DNA from: Plasmodiophora brassicae | Taxonomy: Eukaryota | DNA: 64,000 nucleotides | Assembly: GCA_036867785.1 (NCBI GenBank) | Contig: CP145421.1 | Location: forward strand, 1,054,001 to 1,118,000 | Direction of reading: 5' to 3' | Shown: one piece after another, positions 1-12,960 of the stretch | Position numbering within the stretch: the stretch's first letter is position 1 | Layout of the letters: every line of letters starts with the position of its first letter | Program-made: the position numbers and the translations under genes | The notes under the pieces: generated by a model | Seen by the model: only the letters and a program-made list of their open reading frames with translations | Database searches by the model: none | What the model was told of the DNA's origin: nothing

Positions 1-164
1 TCGTCTCGGACGTCAAATGGTTGAGGACGCATCGAGCACCGCCCGGGCCGCGAACCTGCAGGCGAACGGGCGTCGCCATGACCTACCTACTGTACGTACT
101 GCTGACGAGCGGCGACCCACGGCAGACGACGCAACCCCGCGCCCGGCGCCCCGGCTGAGCGGCC

Positions 165-190
165 GCCCCCCCCCCCCCCCCCCCCCCCCC
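165..190. repeat. Poly-C tract
   Basis: Run of about 26 C. Confidence 0.9.
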
Positions 191-1189
191 GGTACGGCAG
201 GTCCGCTCCACTGACAGGCGGACCATCCACTTCCATTGTCACAGGATCGCCGCGGTGAACGCCATGCTGTGGCAGCCGCCGCTGCGCGATTCGGCACTGC
301 CTCCCGCGATCGACGACGACCAATGAACCGTCAAGCCCTTGCTGGCGCACGCGCACAAGATGAAGCGCAGGCGATTCGCACCGCACATGCTGCAAGAGGG
401 CACCGTTGACGGCGCTGGGGGTACATGCATGCTGCTGTGTACGTAACGAAAATGCAAGCGAACGTACATCCAAACAGACCGCTCCGAACCGATTTGCCAA
501 GAGCAAGCGGTTCCGTGCTTCTCGCTGCATTGACGAAGCATCGACATGATACAGTGGTGCTGCACACTCGACTACCAGATCGGATTGTGGCCAATCGTGT
601 GGTACGAGCCCGCGGGCAGGCCACCAGGATTTACGACATCAAACGTACGCACTGATGGAATCGTTAAGGGTCAACGTTATGCCTTCCATCGACCGACCGA
701 CAGCACGCACTCGTGCAGGCTCAGGGAACGGCCCGCCAGACTGAGGTCCTCAAGCAGTGGGCATTACAATACCGTACCTTGTATAGCGTAAACGATACCT
801 CAGCAGCCTACCACCATCGTCCGCCGTCTTACGGGCGTGTCACCCATGCCAGAGCAGGCATAGCGCGTAAAGGCGTTCGCACTTGCGGGCCCTTGACGTG
901 ATAAACATACGATGACCTGGCCCATTTTGTTATCAACTCATAGCAGGCGGATCTTGGATGGCCGATCAGATGATATTGGCCCGCAGTGAAGTGTTCCACA
1001 GAATTCATCGAAGCGGATAGTCTGACACTGACAAAGCGGCGCCATCTGCCTGATAACAGAGGTCGCAATCGGCAGTTCTTGGTGGCCATGCACTGGTATA
1101 TACTGTAATTGTACGTAGGAGTTGGGATCGAACCCTGTAACGGGTAACTGTATGCTGTTCGGTACGCCGGAACGATCCCAGCCATTCTC

Positions 1190-4100
1190 TTGTTGGAGTC
1201 GGAGGTCATGGATGGCGCTGGAAAGGTCACGTCAGACGCGAAAGAAGCACTAGGCCAGGTCGACACGAGTCAGATCGCCGCAGATGGCAGCGCTTTGGCT
1301 CGCGATGGCGCAGATGCCCTAGCGAGAATTCACCCATCGGACATCGTGCACGAGGCGGAGGACATTGCCTCCCGTGCGGAGCAGGCCATTCGGCACCTCC
1401 GTACAGAGGATGCAGTCAATGGTGCAAACAGAATTGCTTCGGGCTCCAGGGACGCGCTCGGACACGTAAACGAGCACGACATCGTCACGGGAGCAGGGCG
1501 CGTCGCCTCCAGTGTCGAACACGCGTTTGGTCAAGTCCACAGTAGCGACATAGCCCAAGGGGCTGGTCGTTTGGCTGCCGACGCCAGAGACGCTTTGGGG
1601 CACACAAACGTCAGCGGCGTGGCGTCAGGAGCCGTACATCTCGTATCGAATGCCAAAGACGAGTTACAGAGCGTCAACACGAACAATATGGTATCCGGCG
1701 CCGGACAGTTCGCGTCTCATGCGGAAGTCTCTCTAGGGCACATCCGCACAGGAGAGATCACATCGGGAGCATCTCAAGTGGCTTCCAGCACGAAAGAGGC
1801 ACTCGGCCAAGTCGACACTAAGGAAGCGCGGGACAAAGCTGCGTTGCTGACGTCGACAGCGAAATCGGACATGAAGGACGTCCGAGCGGCCATGGAAGGG
1901 GTCACCAAAGTGGCCGGGGTCGCCGCTGTGGGTGCAATGGCAGAAGCATCACGCCTAGGAGCCGCCGCCAAAGTCACATTCGGGCGGGCCGATGCCGTTC
2001 TCGTACCCGCATCTCGCGAGCTCTTACCCGTTATCGGCGCTGTCGGACGAAACGCCAGCGCCCTGTTCGATTTGACCAAGTTCGAAATCATTCGAGATTT
2101 TCAGCAGCTGGTAAACGCGACGTTGCTCCCTGGTCCGACTTGTAAACGTGCGCCTATGCCGCTTAGATCTCTCTGTTCACAAGTGGGCAGCGATTACCAC
2201 CCGGGTTCCGTCGGTTCTGGGGCGCCCTATCCGGCGTATTCTCCATCTGCTTTTCGTGCTGGTTCGCGCAGAACGCCGCTGGTCTGGCTGTAGCAGTGTT
2301 TATCGTGGAGACCATCGTCGCGAGTGTGACCGTATCGCTCTTCTGGAATCTGGAGCGGCGACTGCAGCCGAAGGAGGAGACGGCAGGGCTGGAGGTGATC
2401 ACATGGGCCATGGTCGATCCGAGTAAGGGCTTCAAAGTGTCGGTAACGGCTGTCGGTGTCTGACTGTCAATTTCGTAGAGGACATCAAGCGAATCCAAGT
2501 GTACACAACGATCTTGACCACTCTGTACCTTCCCGTGTTCCGCGACTCGTTGCAGGCCGGTTCCTTATGCATACGGGCGCAGATTCCGTTCTGACATCCA
2601 ATGAATGCAGGTTCTGACGTGCGACCGGAAGTTCGCGGCTGACCCGACGCAATGCTACCAGGGAACACACGGGTTCATGACCTTCCTGGCCGTGGTCTGT
2701 CTGGGCGTATTCGCAGTGCCGATGCCATTCTATTTCTACCGAATCATCCAAGCGAACATCCCGAAACCGTCCATGTACGATGATGACGGGAAGCTCCGGG
2801 AAGGCGGGTACACCGACGCCAACTAGTAAGACAGGCATCGTGGTCGATCCTGCAGTAATCGCCTGACATCACTGCAGTCGCGAAGACCTAAAGAAGAACA
2901 TCAGCCCGTTCAAGAGTATGTTCCAAGCGTATGAGCGGAAGGCGGCATACAGCAAGGTGATCGTTATGGTGATGAAGGTGCTGCTGGTCCTACCAGCGAC
3001 CGTCCTCGTTGTCGACAACAAGTCAGTGCGAGCGGTCGACGAAGGCACTGATGGATGTGTTGATACCCTCCTCTCTAGAGTTGGCAACAGCGTGTCGGCA
3101 GCCGGTGTCACAGGTCTGCTCGTGGTGCAGGCTGTCGTGACAATTGCCATCCTCGGCATATACGGTTGAGTTCAGTACGTCAACCTGCAGAACGGAACCG
3201 CTAACGTGACAATCGTGCAGCGTTGTGGTGCTGGACGATCAGGCCCTACCTGGACAACGAGAACGATCTCTTGGATGGGATCTGCCGGTTCACGGCGCTC
3301 ACCATCGCGGTAATCGGCCTGATAACGGGGGCGGTCAGCTCACCGGGTGTCATCATCGCGTTCGACGTCATCTCGAACACTCTCGCTGCCGTTGCCGGTA
3401 TTGCAGCGGGCGCCATGGCCCTCTCTTCCATACCCGCCGTTCGACACAAGATCAAGAACTTTCGCCAGATGATGTAAGCCTCGTCCAGAGCGGAACCTGT
3501 CCCGTGTCGACGCCTGACTCCCATGCCCAGCGAATTCACCAAATCGGGCAATGACCACCTTGTCCTCAGCGACGCCTTCTCGTTCGACAGAGCTCGCAAA
3601 CTGCGGATCTGGCACGAATTCTGGGACGTCCTGTTCGCTCAGTACGTGCCGTATGGAAGGACGTCACCACTTGTTTGAAAGACGTTGAACGCCCAGGGAT
3701 GAGGAATACCGGGTCCCAATGGCCGACCCGACGAGTAAGGAATACGCCCCGAAGCACCTGGACTTCAAATATGGGTCCTCCCCGCCGTACCTGATGGGGT
3801 TCGCCGGCACGGTTGGCGAACGCCATGGCGAGAACTGCGAGATCGCCAAGTACGAATCCCTGCAGTCGTACCGCGACGCGATCCTGTCGACCATCAACAT
3901 GCACAGGCAGCCGTCTACTCTGGCGGCCGATATTGCCATCATCGTCAAATACCTCATCGGATACGACGTCTTCTGGGACGGTACTGATATATGGCACCCC
4001 AGTCGTACACGCCTGGCCGGCTCAGTGGTCGCTGTTGAACAGGATCCGTCGAGGCGAAAGTGTCTGCCGTCACGCAAGAGATGAACCGCGTTCAGAGCCC

Positions 4101-6034
4101 ATCGTCTTCAGCGACACATTTCGGCAGGTGCGATGAGGCTTGAGCGCGTGTGTCCCAGCACAGTCGACGCTAATGAACCGGTGCGTGCTCTGCAGGGCGT
4201 ACTGCATCCCCTTTCCGTTCTGCGTCGTGCTCGTGATGGACGATACTGACGAAGAAGCAATCTTCTCCCTGGCGTCGGTCGTCTCGGGTGTCAGACGCAA
4301 CCAGAACGAGTCGATCGCTCAACTCCAGCTGCTGGTCCAGCAGAACTTCAGCGGCGAGATTCGTCGCCGAAGGCAGGTGCGTTCGCAGGTGCGGGAATCA
4401 ACGTCGCGAACGTTTGCCAATCTGCTGTGTGTATAGGTTCGCCGCATGCTTCGATGTCTCGACGGTACCGTTCACTCCGGATCGGCAGATCGGGATGGGA
4501 TGTTGAAATTTGAACCTCCCAGGGGAGCAAGTCAACCATTTCCATCAATGCTGGAAGAGGAAGACGAAGGAACGTCGGGTGTCCGACGGCAAGGGCGGAA
4601 GCCGTATCGAAACGTACACCGTCAATGTGCTGTTTACGTTTCGCACCGGTAATGCTGTTTAATGTATCCTTCAAGCGAGAAGTTTCCGGGATCATAACAG
4701 CGTTGCACAGGGAGGTTCTCGATTGGGCAAAAGTCGGGCGCCGACTGGACCGATCCGGCGACCGGTACGACGGTCAACATGGCAAACGGGTTCAACCCGA
4801 GCGTCTTCTACAGCGATGGGTAATCCTACGGCAGACAGCTCATGTGTTTAATTTCCGAGTACTCCATTGACAAGGCTGCGATTGATGCACAGGACCGGCG
4901 TTGACGAGGAGGGCAAGCACTGGAACAACGAAACGGAATGTTTATCAGGCGCCCAAATTGTATGTCCTTCGCATCTACAGCTGGCAATGACTCCAAGGCT
5001 ATGTGCTGACCTCGATGCTAGGGTTTGACGCCTGATTACCGATTCGATGCGGGCGACCCGGCCTGTCGGGATCTCATGCGCCTCATGTACAACAACTGGG
5101 CGTCCTGCGCCAACGTGCGCAGCGCTCGTCTTATCGAGATTGAGCAGCAACTGGAACGGTACCGGTTGGCCCGACTGCAACAGTTCGACGCCAAGGAAGC
5201 CACCATGTCGTATTCGTTCTGGGTAAGTCTACAAACGCGGTCCCGTGCCCGTGACGCCAACTGATTGCACCTTCTACGCTCTATCCAAGTACTTCTGCTA
5301 CCATTTCGACCGTATCAGCTCATTCGCATTGTTCCGCGTTCTGCGAGAATGTGAGCGGAACCCAATCCTGCAAAGGCTGCCCGATAAGCATAGTGCCGGA
5401 CTGATGATGGTGTACCAAAAGTAACGCTGCCTTTCGAATGTCGATCAGGTACCATGGGTTTGACCGTGCGCTGCTGGTTAGGCTGGCCTTTTTCGATAGT
5501 CACCCGATTAACGCTCTATGGTTCTCGTTCTGGCATGACCTGTGGATATGGAACCAAGACGTTGAACTCGTGATGAAGCACAAAGCGCTCCTGGACCCGA
5601 ACAGTTCCGACGCGCTGTGTTACACACCGATGACTCGTGACCAGCTCCATGAACGACTAGGGCAGACGAGCCTGCTATCCGTCGCCAAGACGTTCGGCAT
5701 CTTCAAGGGCTATATCAACACAGTGCTGCTAGACAGACTGTACAGCCGGATCGAGGCGTTATCCGGGACACAAAACGAAGCGACGACGCAGTCGACTGCC
5801 GCAGGACAATCGGGCGCTGGCGGGCAAGTTGTCATCTCGATCAACAGTACAAAGACGCCAGTGGCCAGGATGGAGGATTCCGAGATCGGCCTCCTGAACG
5901 AGATGACCATCGTGGATTCGTACCGCGACTCGCAGCGTTGCACGGCCATAGATAGTGATGTCAATCCGACCATCGCGAACTTAACCGTCGTCCAGGTTCC
6001 GATTATCTTCGTTCCCGATCCTCCACCGTTGTAG
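1190..6034 (+). CDS. Multi-exon predicted multi-pass membrane protein with an N-terminal 23-aa tandem-repeat region (function unknown; 5' end uncertain, probably further upstream exons)
   Basis: Plus-strand ORF segments (1190-2110, 2611-2825, 2918-3021, 3223-3474, 3719-3980, 5025-5222, 5438-6034) are separated by short GT..AG introns, e.g. gtaaac..ttag 2111-2167 and gtaaga..gcag 2826-2877. Several hydrophobic segments (FMTFLAVVCLGVFAVPMPFYFY; LTIAVIGLITGAV). Stop TAG at 6032-6034. Confidence 0.75.
1208..1880 (+). repeat. Coding tandem repeat, about 9 copies of a 23-aa unit (e.g. ANRIASGSRDALGHVNEHDIVTG / AGRVASSVEHAFGQVHSSDIAQG)
   Basis: Periodicity is directly visible in the translation of ORF 1190..2293. 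Confidence 0.8.
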
Positions 6035-6477
6035 AGGAAGCTGCTTTTATACATATAAAAGAAGCTACAAGCTGCCCCGAGAAAGCACTCTTCAGGTACG
6101 CTGGGTCACGAATAGCGGTACAGGCACAGCGTCGATTTGGTCATTTGGGAAGCAGTGAGCGGTCTTTGCGCCACCGATCATATATGCTCGTGTTTGAGAG
6201 GCACGGGCAAACAAGACTGGTACGTACACTGTGCAGGCGGTACTGTTTGGCTGGAGGTGGAGCCTTCAACCTTAGCGCGATGGCACTACGGCGAATGCAC
6301 ATGTGTATGTCAACGGGCCAACCCGAGTCGGGCAGGCGAGGTACCTGTCTATTTGGGTCTGCTCCGGGTCGTGCCATGAGGTCCACGGGGCTGACCCGGG
6401 TCAACCACGAATCTCAGGCCACAAGCTGGGCCGGGAATCTTTTCAAACAGGCGGCATGTGTGACGTCCAGATGCGTC

Positions 6478-7375
6478 CACGTGTGCAGCACGGCGCCGAC
6501 TCCGTGGGGGCGGGCGACGTCGACGCGACCGACCACCCGACGACGCCGCCGATCGCCTCGCCGCTCGCCGCCCACTGCAACGTCCTACAAGGCCGCCCGA
6601 TATCCAGTTGTGCTCGGTACTGCGTGGGGCAGGTCGTCGACGCCCTGGCACCTAAGCCTGCCCGCTCAGCATCCGCGCCGACATCCCCGCCTAGCGACGC
6701 CATGGGCCAACGGACCCAGTGCACCACAACACGTCCTGCTGGGTGCTTGCCGACACGTACGACGCGTCTGGGCGGAGGCTGTGCACCTCCAGGACAGGTA
6801 TGAGGTGTTCCTTGATGCACAGGCGCGCGACATTGTTGGCAGGACCAACCTGCAATCGACCGTTCAGCAGGGCACTAATCGTCGTTCCTAGAGGGGCGGA
6901 GCCAACCCCCGGCCGACCTACTCGTGAACTGGGGCGGGGCGCCCTGTCCGCCCGCCGATCGCTGCATTCCGTCCGACGCGCCCCTGCCCTGCACCATGCA
7001 TCGACGACGGGAGGACCAGCCAAGGGCGTCGCCAGTCTTCCCGATTGCCATCGAGTAGCGTCTTCCTGGCCTGGAGGTCGCCCAGCAGGGCAGTGGCGCC
7101 CAGCGCCCGTTTCTACTACCCGACATGGAAACGCCTGCCTGCCGTCGACTTCCTGCCGCCATCCCTGCCGACATGTTGCTTGAACGAGAACCATTCGAAT
7201 ACAATCAGACTGGATCGAAAAGCGCGAACGTCGTCCCTGCAGGTCGACCTGGCGTCAGCCGGCACCGAGCGGCCGCATTCGATGAATCCGGGGCAGGGAG
7301 CTGCACCGTTTGCCGACTTCGCCCCCGCATGGGTGTGCACCATGGTAGATCAGGCATGACGAGCAATGTAAGCAG
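6478..7375. repeat. Copy of the dispersed degenerate ~1 kb unit; closely similar to 18745-19660
   Basis: Long shared stretches, e.g. gcccactgcaacgtcctacaaggccgcccgatatccagttgtgctcggtactgcgtggggcaggtcgtcgacg at ~6570 and ~18838. Confidence 0.85.
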
Positions 7376-7399
7376 GTTTGTACCTCGTGACACACACGA

Positions 7400-8040
7400 G
7401 GCAAAGCGCTGGTCGCCCGCCGCCCACCCGCTGTACAACGCCCTTTCCTATCTGATCATGTTTTGGCACGGTCGCGAAGGCTGGCTTATCGCATTCAAGC
7501 AAGACACGGACGTCACGTTGAAGGCGTACACGCGGTACCTCTCCAGCAACGCGACATTGGCGACAACGTCCTTATTTCGGTGTGGCAAGCTGTTTCCACA
7601 GTCGTGGTGCATCAGTATCTTCGCATCGAGCAGCAGAACCTGCTGTAAGTTCGTCAGAACCAGGACCCCAAGCTACGACGTGGTTCTTCGTGGTGCTGTT
7701 CGCCGCAAGATAGGCCAGCAACCCTGCAACAGTACTTACCCCTGGCCTCCGAATGTACATCTCCTTTCCGATTGAAGTTGAATCCTCACTCGCCGTTCAT
7801 CCTCTATTTCGACGCCACAAGCACTCTCCCGCCCCTCGGCACCAGCATATTCGTGCGGCAGACGATAACGGATCGATCGGGCGACGCATCATCCTTCGGT
7901 CAACGTGCCGTCGTCACGGGGGCGACGACCCAAATGCGGCGTGAAGGTTGGCTGGCGCCGGCGCCGTACGCCACCAACAGACGACAATGCTGGCGTACCA
8001 GACCTCCGCCGACATGCCCATCTTCGCATGCGGGCGGAAA
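7400..8040 (+). pseudogene. Helitron Rep (Helitron_like_N region) fragment, frameshifted
   Basis: Frame-hopping translation HPLYNALSYLIMFWHGREGW...VTLKAYTRYL..QQRD..CGKLFPQ..HQYLRIEQQNLL*VRQNQ..KLR..SIGRRIIL. This matches the Helitron RepHel pattern H..YDPLQYPLLFP.GE.GW...GRLFQQ..D.Y...E..RL.YIR.NQ..LR...GRR.ILPS. Confidence 0.7.
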
Positions 8041-8247
8041 GGCCTTCTCGGTGGAGTAAGTTCACGGTATGTATTGTCGACAATCGTGCCATGCTCAGGC
8101 AGTCGCCTTCTCGCGCCAACAACAGATGGCAGAGCCCCATCTGTGGTCGGCCGACGGGCCATCATCGTCATCGACCAACAACCTGCATGTCCGGCCTTGG
8201 CGACCGATACCGACATGCGCTTGGCCATGATGGCGACCTGAGGTGCC

Positions 8248-8307
8248 TGACTGGTGGCCTCGGAGCGCCGGTGGCCTCGGAGCGCCAGACTGGTGGCCTC
8301 GGAGCGA
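8248..8307. repeat. Short tandem repeat, 3 x ggtggcctcggagcg
   Basis: Directly visible; two degenerate copies at the paralogous site ~23411-23452. Confidence 0.8.
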
Positions 8308-8389
8308 CGCTCACAGTCACAAGTCACAACCTTCTCTGGCCAGGTCTGTCCACACGGACTTTCATTCCAGTTTGACGTGGGCGGCCATC

Positions 8390-9533
8390 ATGTCGCAGTC
8401 TTTGGAGGAGCTATTCAAGCAGCGCAACGCCGACGCCGCGGCCGCGAACAGGGCCGTCAGGGAGGCGCGGGACGCCAACCCCGATGACCCGCGCCTGCCC
8501 GACATGGAGCGCGACGCCGACCGCGCCGGTGCTGCCCGCGACGCTGCCCTGGCCGCCCTCCAGGCCGTTCGCCCGGTCGGTACGTAGACCGGCTACACGC
8601 CATTTCCGCCCGTTTTGCTAAATCCAGTGTATAGACGAGAGCATTCGCGATCGCCTGCGACGGCTCAACGTCCGGGTCACAACCAGGGACCTTAATTTCT
8701 TAATTGACAAGGACGTTGCCGCATATGGCGAGCTGCGCCATGCGGATCGGAACGAGGCCGAGCGAATCCTAACCAAGGCGCGGTCTCAATTCATCACGAC
8801 GGACCGTTTCTACATTGGCGAAACGCACGGGTTCATTTTGGACGGCGTGCTCCCAGTCGCTGGCCAAGCGAAGTCTTGGTTGTTCTATGCGTACGGAACC
8901 GGCGATGGCGTCGTGCGGGTCGCAAAGCGGTATTCCGTGGCGGCTCAGGAAGACTATGAGCGTGAGGTCAAGGCAGCCGAGACGATCGGGCAGCATGCAA
9001 GCATCGTGCAGGTTGAGGCATCGTTTCGCCACAACGGCTTCGGCTATATCATTATGCCGTTTTTTCCACGAAGTGCATCGGATCTCCTGTCGGTGTGCAA
9101 ACCTCCAGCCACTGTTCCACGCTCTATAACCCGCTCCATTGGCGAAGCTGTCGCCAATGCGCTTCTGTTTATGCACGAGAAGAACATTTGCCACTGTGAT
9201 GTGAAACCAGCCAACATCATGCTCACCGACCATCGTGAAATGCTTCCGGTTCTTGTTGACCTCGGATCCGCCGTTCGCAGTGGCGATGCCTTGGTCGAAC
9301 AGACCGTGTCATTCGCCCTGGACTTCCAGACGCCACATGCCGTGCCGGAACTCGATTGGACGTGCTTGGGAAGCACTATCTGCATGTTACTCGGCCTGGA
9401 GATTCAAGACGCCACCCGGCGGTCCATGGTCAATATGCTCCGCTTCATTCAGGACCCGGCCGCTCATCTGGCCATTAATTGCTTGGAGAACAACGTTGCC
9501 CGCCTGCGTCAAAATGTCGCGCCGCCGCCCTGA
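8390..9533 (+). CDS. Two-exon Ser/Thr protein kinase with an Ala-rich helical N-terminal exon
   Basis: ATG at 8390 (MSQSLEELFKQRNADAAAA...). A phase-1 intron 8580-8635 (gtacgt..gctaa..gtatag) joins it in frame to DESIRDRLRR... and the kinase ORF. Motifs VAK, YEREV, HCDVKPANIM, DLG, DWTCLG. Confidence 0.85.
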
Positions 9534-9552
9534 ACAAAACGGCTGTCCCTGA

Positions 9553-9605
9553 AGCCGTCGCCGCCGTGCAACGCAGTGTTATTGCGTTGCACGGCGGCGA
9601 CGGCT
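9553..9605. other. Perfect 23-bp-stem hairpin 20 nt downstream of the kinase stop
   Basis: agccgtcgccgccgtgcaacgca-gtgttat-tgcgttgcacggcggcgacggct. Confidence 0.9.
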
Positions 9606-9654
9606 GAGTTACGGGTGTGAACAGGCTGTCCGATACCTTTAGGGACTTCTGTAA

Positions 9655-12600
9655 TGTATTATGAATACATGGCTAATGCGTCTGAGAGATCGGCGTTTAC
9701 GGGCAGGGCAGGGGCAGGCGTGGGTCGAATGACAGGAGCGGCGGAGTGCGCAGCATTCACGGCGGGCGCCATGACTGCGCGCGGCGCTCTAAGTCGGCCG
9801 CACCGTGCCCATCTAGTGGCGACGGGACGCGGCCGGGCGGCGATGCAGGCGACGGCGCGTCGTTGGAGGGCGACATGCATGCTTCATGCTCCGGTCCAGC
9901 ATTGACTTCCGTCGACCGACCGACGGCGTTAGCAATACAGCGAAGGACGATGGCCGTCATCATCATCGTCGGCGTGTGATGCTGGACGCGTCGACGATGT
10001 CGGGCGGCGGCGTCTCTGCCTGGGTCGGCGGTATCATCTTCGGGCATGATGGCGGCCTCCTCATGGTCGTCGTTCGCAATGCTGCCCCCGGCAGGGTCGG
10101 CGACGTCGTGTTCGCGATCGGCCGGCACGGGATCGTCACGGGGGCGACCGGGTGGTCCTGCGTCCGCACCGCCCAGGAACCCGACCAGTGCAGGGTCGTC
10201 GAGGACATGTTCGGCGACTTCAACGGCGACTCGCGCGTTCTCGTTGTCCTCATCGTCGCTGATCTCGTTCCATAGCGTCGCGTCCAGGCCAGCAAGCGCA
10301 GCGACGCCCTGAGCGGAGATGGCGAGCGACTCGCCGCGGATGCAGCGGGCGGCAACGGCGCGGATGAACGTGCCCAGGACGGCCAGCCAGCGTCGCTGGC
10401 GATCGCTCAGCCGAAACGTCGGGTCGCGCGGATCCGGCATGCGGCGCGGTCGTAGACGGTCGTCTTCTCTGGCGGGCGGCGCCGTCAGGCGTGCGTAATC
10501 GTTGAGCTGGATGGCGACGTAGTCGATGGCGACGCCCGTGTCCGCCCTGTTGAAGTGCAGGGCACGGATGCGCCAGTCGATGATCGGCCTAAGCAGGCGC
10601 GACGATTCAGTGCACCTGGCAGCGACGTGATACCTCGACAGGTTCTTGACGTTGCACGCCCGGCTCTTGGCGTTCGATCCCGGTATTCGGTTCGTGATCC
10701 ACGACGCGACCGCGTAGGCGTCGTCCCCCGAATGGTACGCCGCCGGAAACGGGAGGTTATACGGCTGCAGCTGCAGGCGCATCAGCTTGCAGGACGCATC
10801 AGCGGCAGCTCACGTGTGGAGCTCGAGCGCTTGCAGCAGGGCGTCTTGCCGATCGGGCAGGCGTGGGCGCTTCCGCGTCGGGCGGCCGGCTTCGGCGTCG
10901 GCGAGTTCTTCACGGGCGCGTTGCTCGCGGGCGTCACGGCCGTTCCTGTAGATGGCGGTTGCGTCCGCGTAGACCTTGCAGCCCCTCAGCATCATGTTGA
11001 ATCGGCTGCGCAGGTTGTTGAGCGCCCAGCGCGTGACGCGGACCAGGAACGGGACGCGTACGGCATCCTTGATCTGCTCCGACCATGTGATCTGCTTGAA
11101 GGCGAACCGGGCGCGCAGCTTGGCTTGGCGGGCAGCGGCGGGCACGAGTCCCGCGTACCGGAGCATCAGGGACGAGCCGATGCGGCGGCGGTACCCACCG
11201 AAGAACAGGGCGGCGCCGGCCGACTTCTGCAGCTGGTCGAGCTTCTTCAGCAGGCCGACGTGGCTGTTGCTGATGGTGAGTCCGTACTCGGCGCGCGAAC
11301 GGATCCAGGCGCCGACGACGCGCGTCTTCCGGACGATCGACAGGTGCTTCGTGCTGAACACGCCCGAGTGCATGATCCCGATCATGGCCTTCTCGGCTTT
11401 GGCTGTCCGCGAGGCGAGCTGGGCTCGATGATCGAGGCGACCATCCTTCATGACGACGCCCAGGAAGCACACCGGCTTGTCGAGCTCGTGCTCCTCGACG
11501 ACGCGGTTGCCGCCGATGGTCAGGGCTGCCGGCTGCGCGGCGGTCGACGTCCTCGGCCTGGAGACGATCGATTTCGTCGCGTTCCACTCGAGTTCGTGCC
11601 GCTGCGCGTACTCCTGACAGAGGTCCATCATGGCCTGGGCCATCTGGTCGGTGAAGGCGTGCAGCAGGGTGTCGTCGGCGTAGAACTGGCAGGGCACCGG
11701 CATGTGGTCGAACATCGGGGCCTCGTCGCCGAACCGCGACACGATCAGGTACGGCAGGTCGTCGATCAGGACGTTGAATAAGTCAGGGGAGCCAATCGCG
11801 CCCTGGAATAGGCCGACGAGCGCGGCGATCCGCTCGGACAGCTGCCCGTCCAGAGCAATGATGAAATGGCAGCCGTCAAACAAGGCCTGCAGAACGGCGA
11901 TGATATGTGCAGGTACGCCTCGTCTGCGTAGCTTCGAGTAGACATGAATGCGGCGGGCGCTATCATACGCCTTCCTCATGTCGAGGAGGACCTCGATCAG
12001 CGGCTTGCGTCGTGCCGCCCAGTGGGTGGTCAGCTCGTCGGCCACCCACACGGCTTCGGGGACACCGATGCCTCGCCGAAATCCAAACTGGAGGAAGTGC
12101 ATCTGCAGCCACCCCTTCAGGTGCATGTACGTGATCAGACACGTCTCATATGCCTTCCGGAGGTGGGACTGCAGCGCAATGCCTCGCCAGTTCGACGGGT
12201 CGGCGGGTTCGGTGTTCCGTTTGTGCACGGGCACAACGAGCGCCGACCGCCAGTCAGACGGCACGAGCTGCACAGTGTACAAGCAGGTGAACATGCAGGA
12301 TATCCAGGGGCCGGCGGCATCCGGGTCACACTTCAGGAGGTCCATCGGTATGTTGTCCGGGCCGACCCCCTTCATCCACTCATGCCGTTTGATGATGGCG
12401 GTGACGACAGCGGGGCCGAACGCATGGCGCTCCTCGTCGTCCAGGTCGGTGGAGAGGCGCGGGGAACGCAGGCGCGGGCCGTCGTCCACGCCCGGCTTCT
12501 CGAAGACCGCTTTCCAATGGTCGGCGAATTCCTCGATGGACGGGCGCTGGCTGGGCTGCAGCTGCGACGTGGCCGCAAAGACGCGTCGCATCGAACTGAG

Positions 12601-12960
12601 GTAGAAGCGCAGGTCGCAGCGCTGCAGCGCCTGCCAGTCGGGACGCATCGTTTCGGTGCGACCTCGCTTGGACCGGGAGCTGGGCCAGCAGGCGATGTCC
12701 TCGAGAACGGCGCGAAGGACGTCAGTGGTGTGGCGGAACAGGCTGTCAACGGCGTCCCGCAGGGCTGCGGTAGGGTGGTCAGCGATGTCGTCGATATCAC
12801 GGGTGGCATCCAGCCACAGGGCTCGTAAGTAATTGTAGGCCGGGGCCAGCAGGACCGACAGGGCTGGGCGATCGTCCGGGTCAGCGAACATCCTGCGCGC
12901 CCAGGAGTAGCGCTTCGGGTCAACGCGTTCCGGCACGACGTGATCGCTCGCGACAACCAG
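9655..12960 (-). mobile_element. Non-LTR retrotransposon (LINE) copy 1, 5'-truncated; RT plus C-terminal Cys/His region, with one in-frame stop
   Basis: RT motifs WRGIALQS, QFGFRRG, LLDMRKAYDS, GLFQGAIGSPDLFN, FYADD, FLGV. The TGA at 10810-10812 lies where copy 3 has Trp, and ORF 9757..10782 continues in the same frame with similarity to copy 3 (AYAVASWITNRIPG vs AYRIANWLTNRLPG). Confidence 0.9.

Noticed and set aside
10555-12828. Long plus-strand ORFs (408 and 294 aa; also 24805..26040 and 40165..40953)
   Set aside because: Antisense shadows of GC-rich RT coding sequence.
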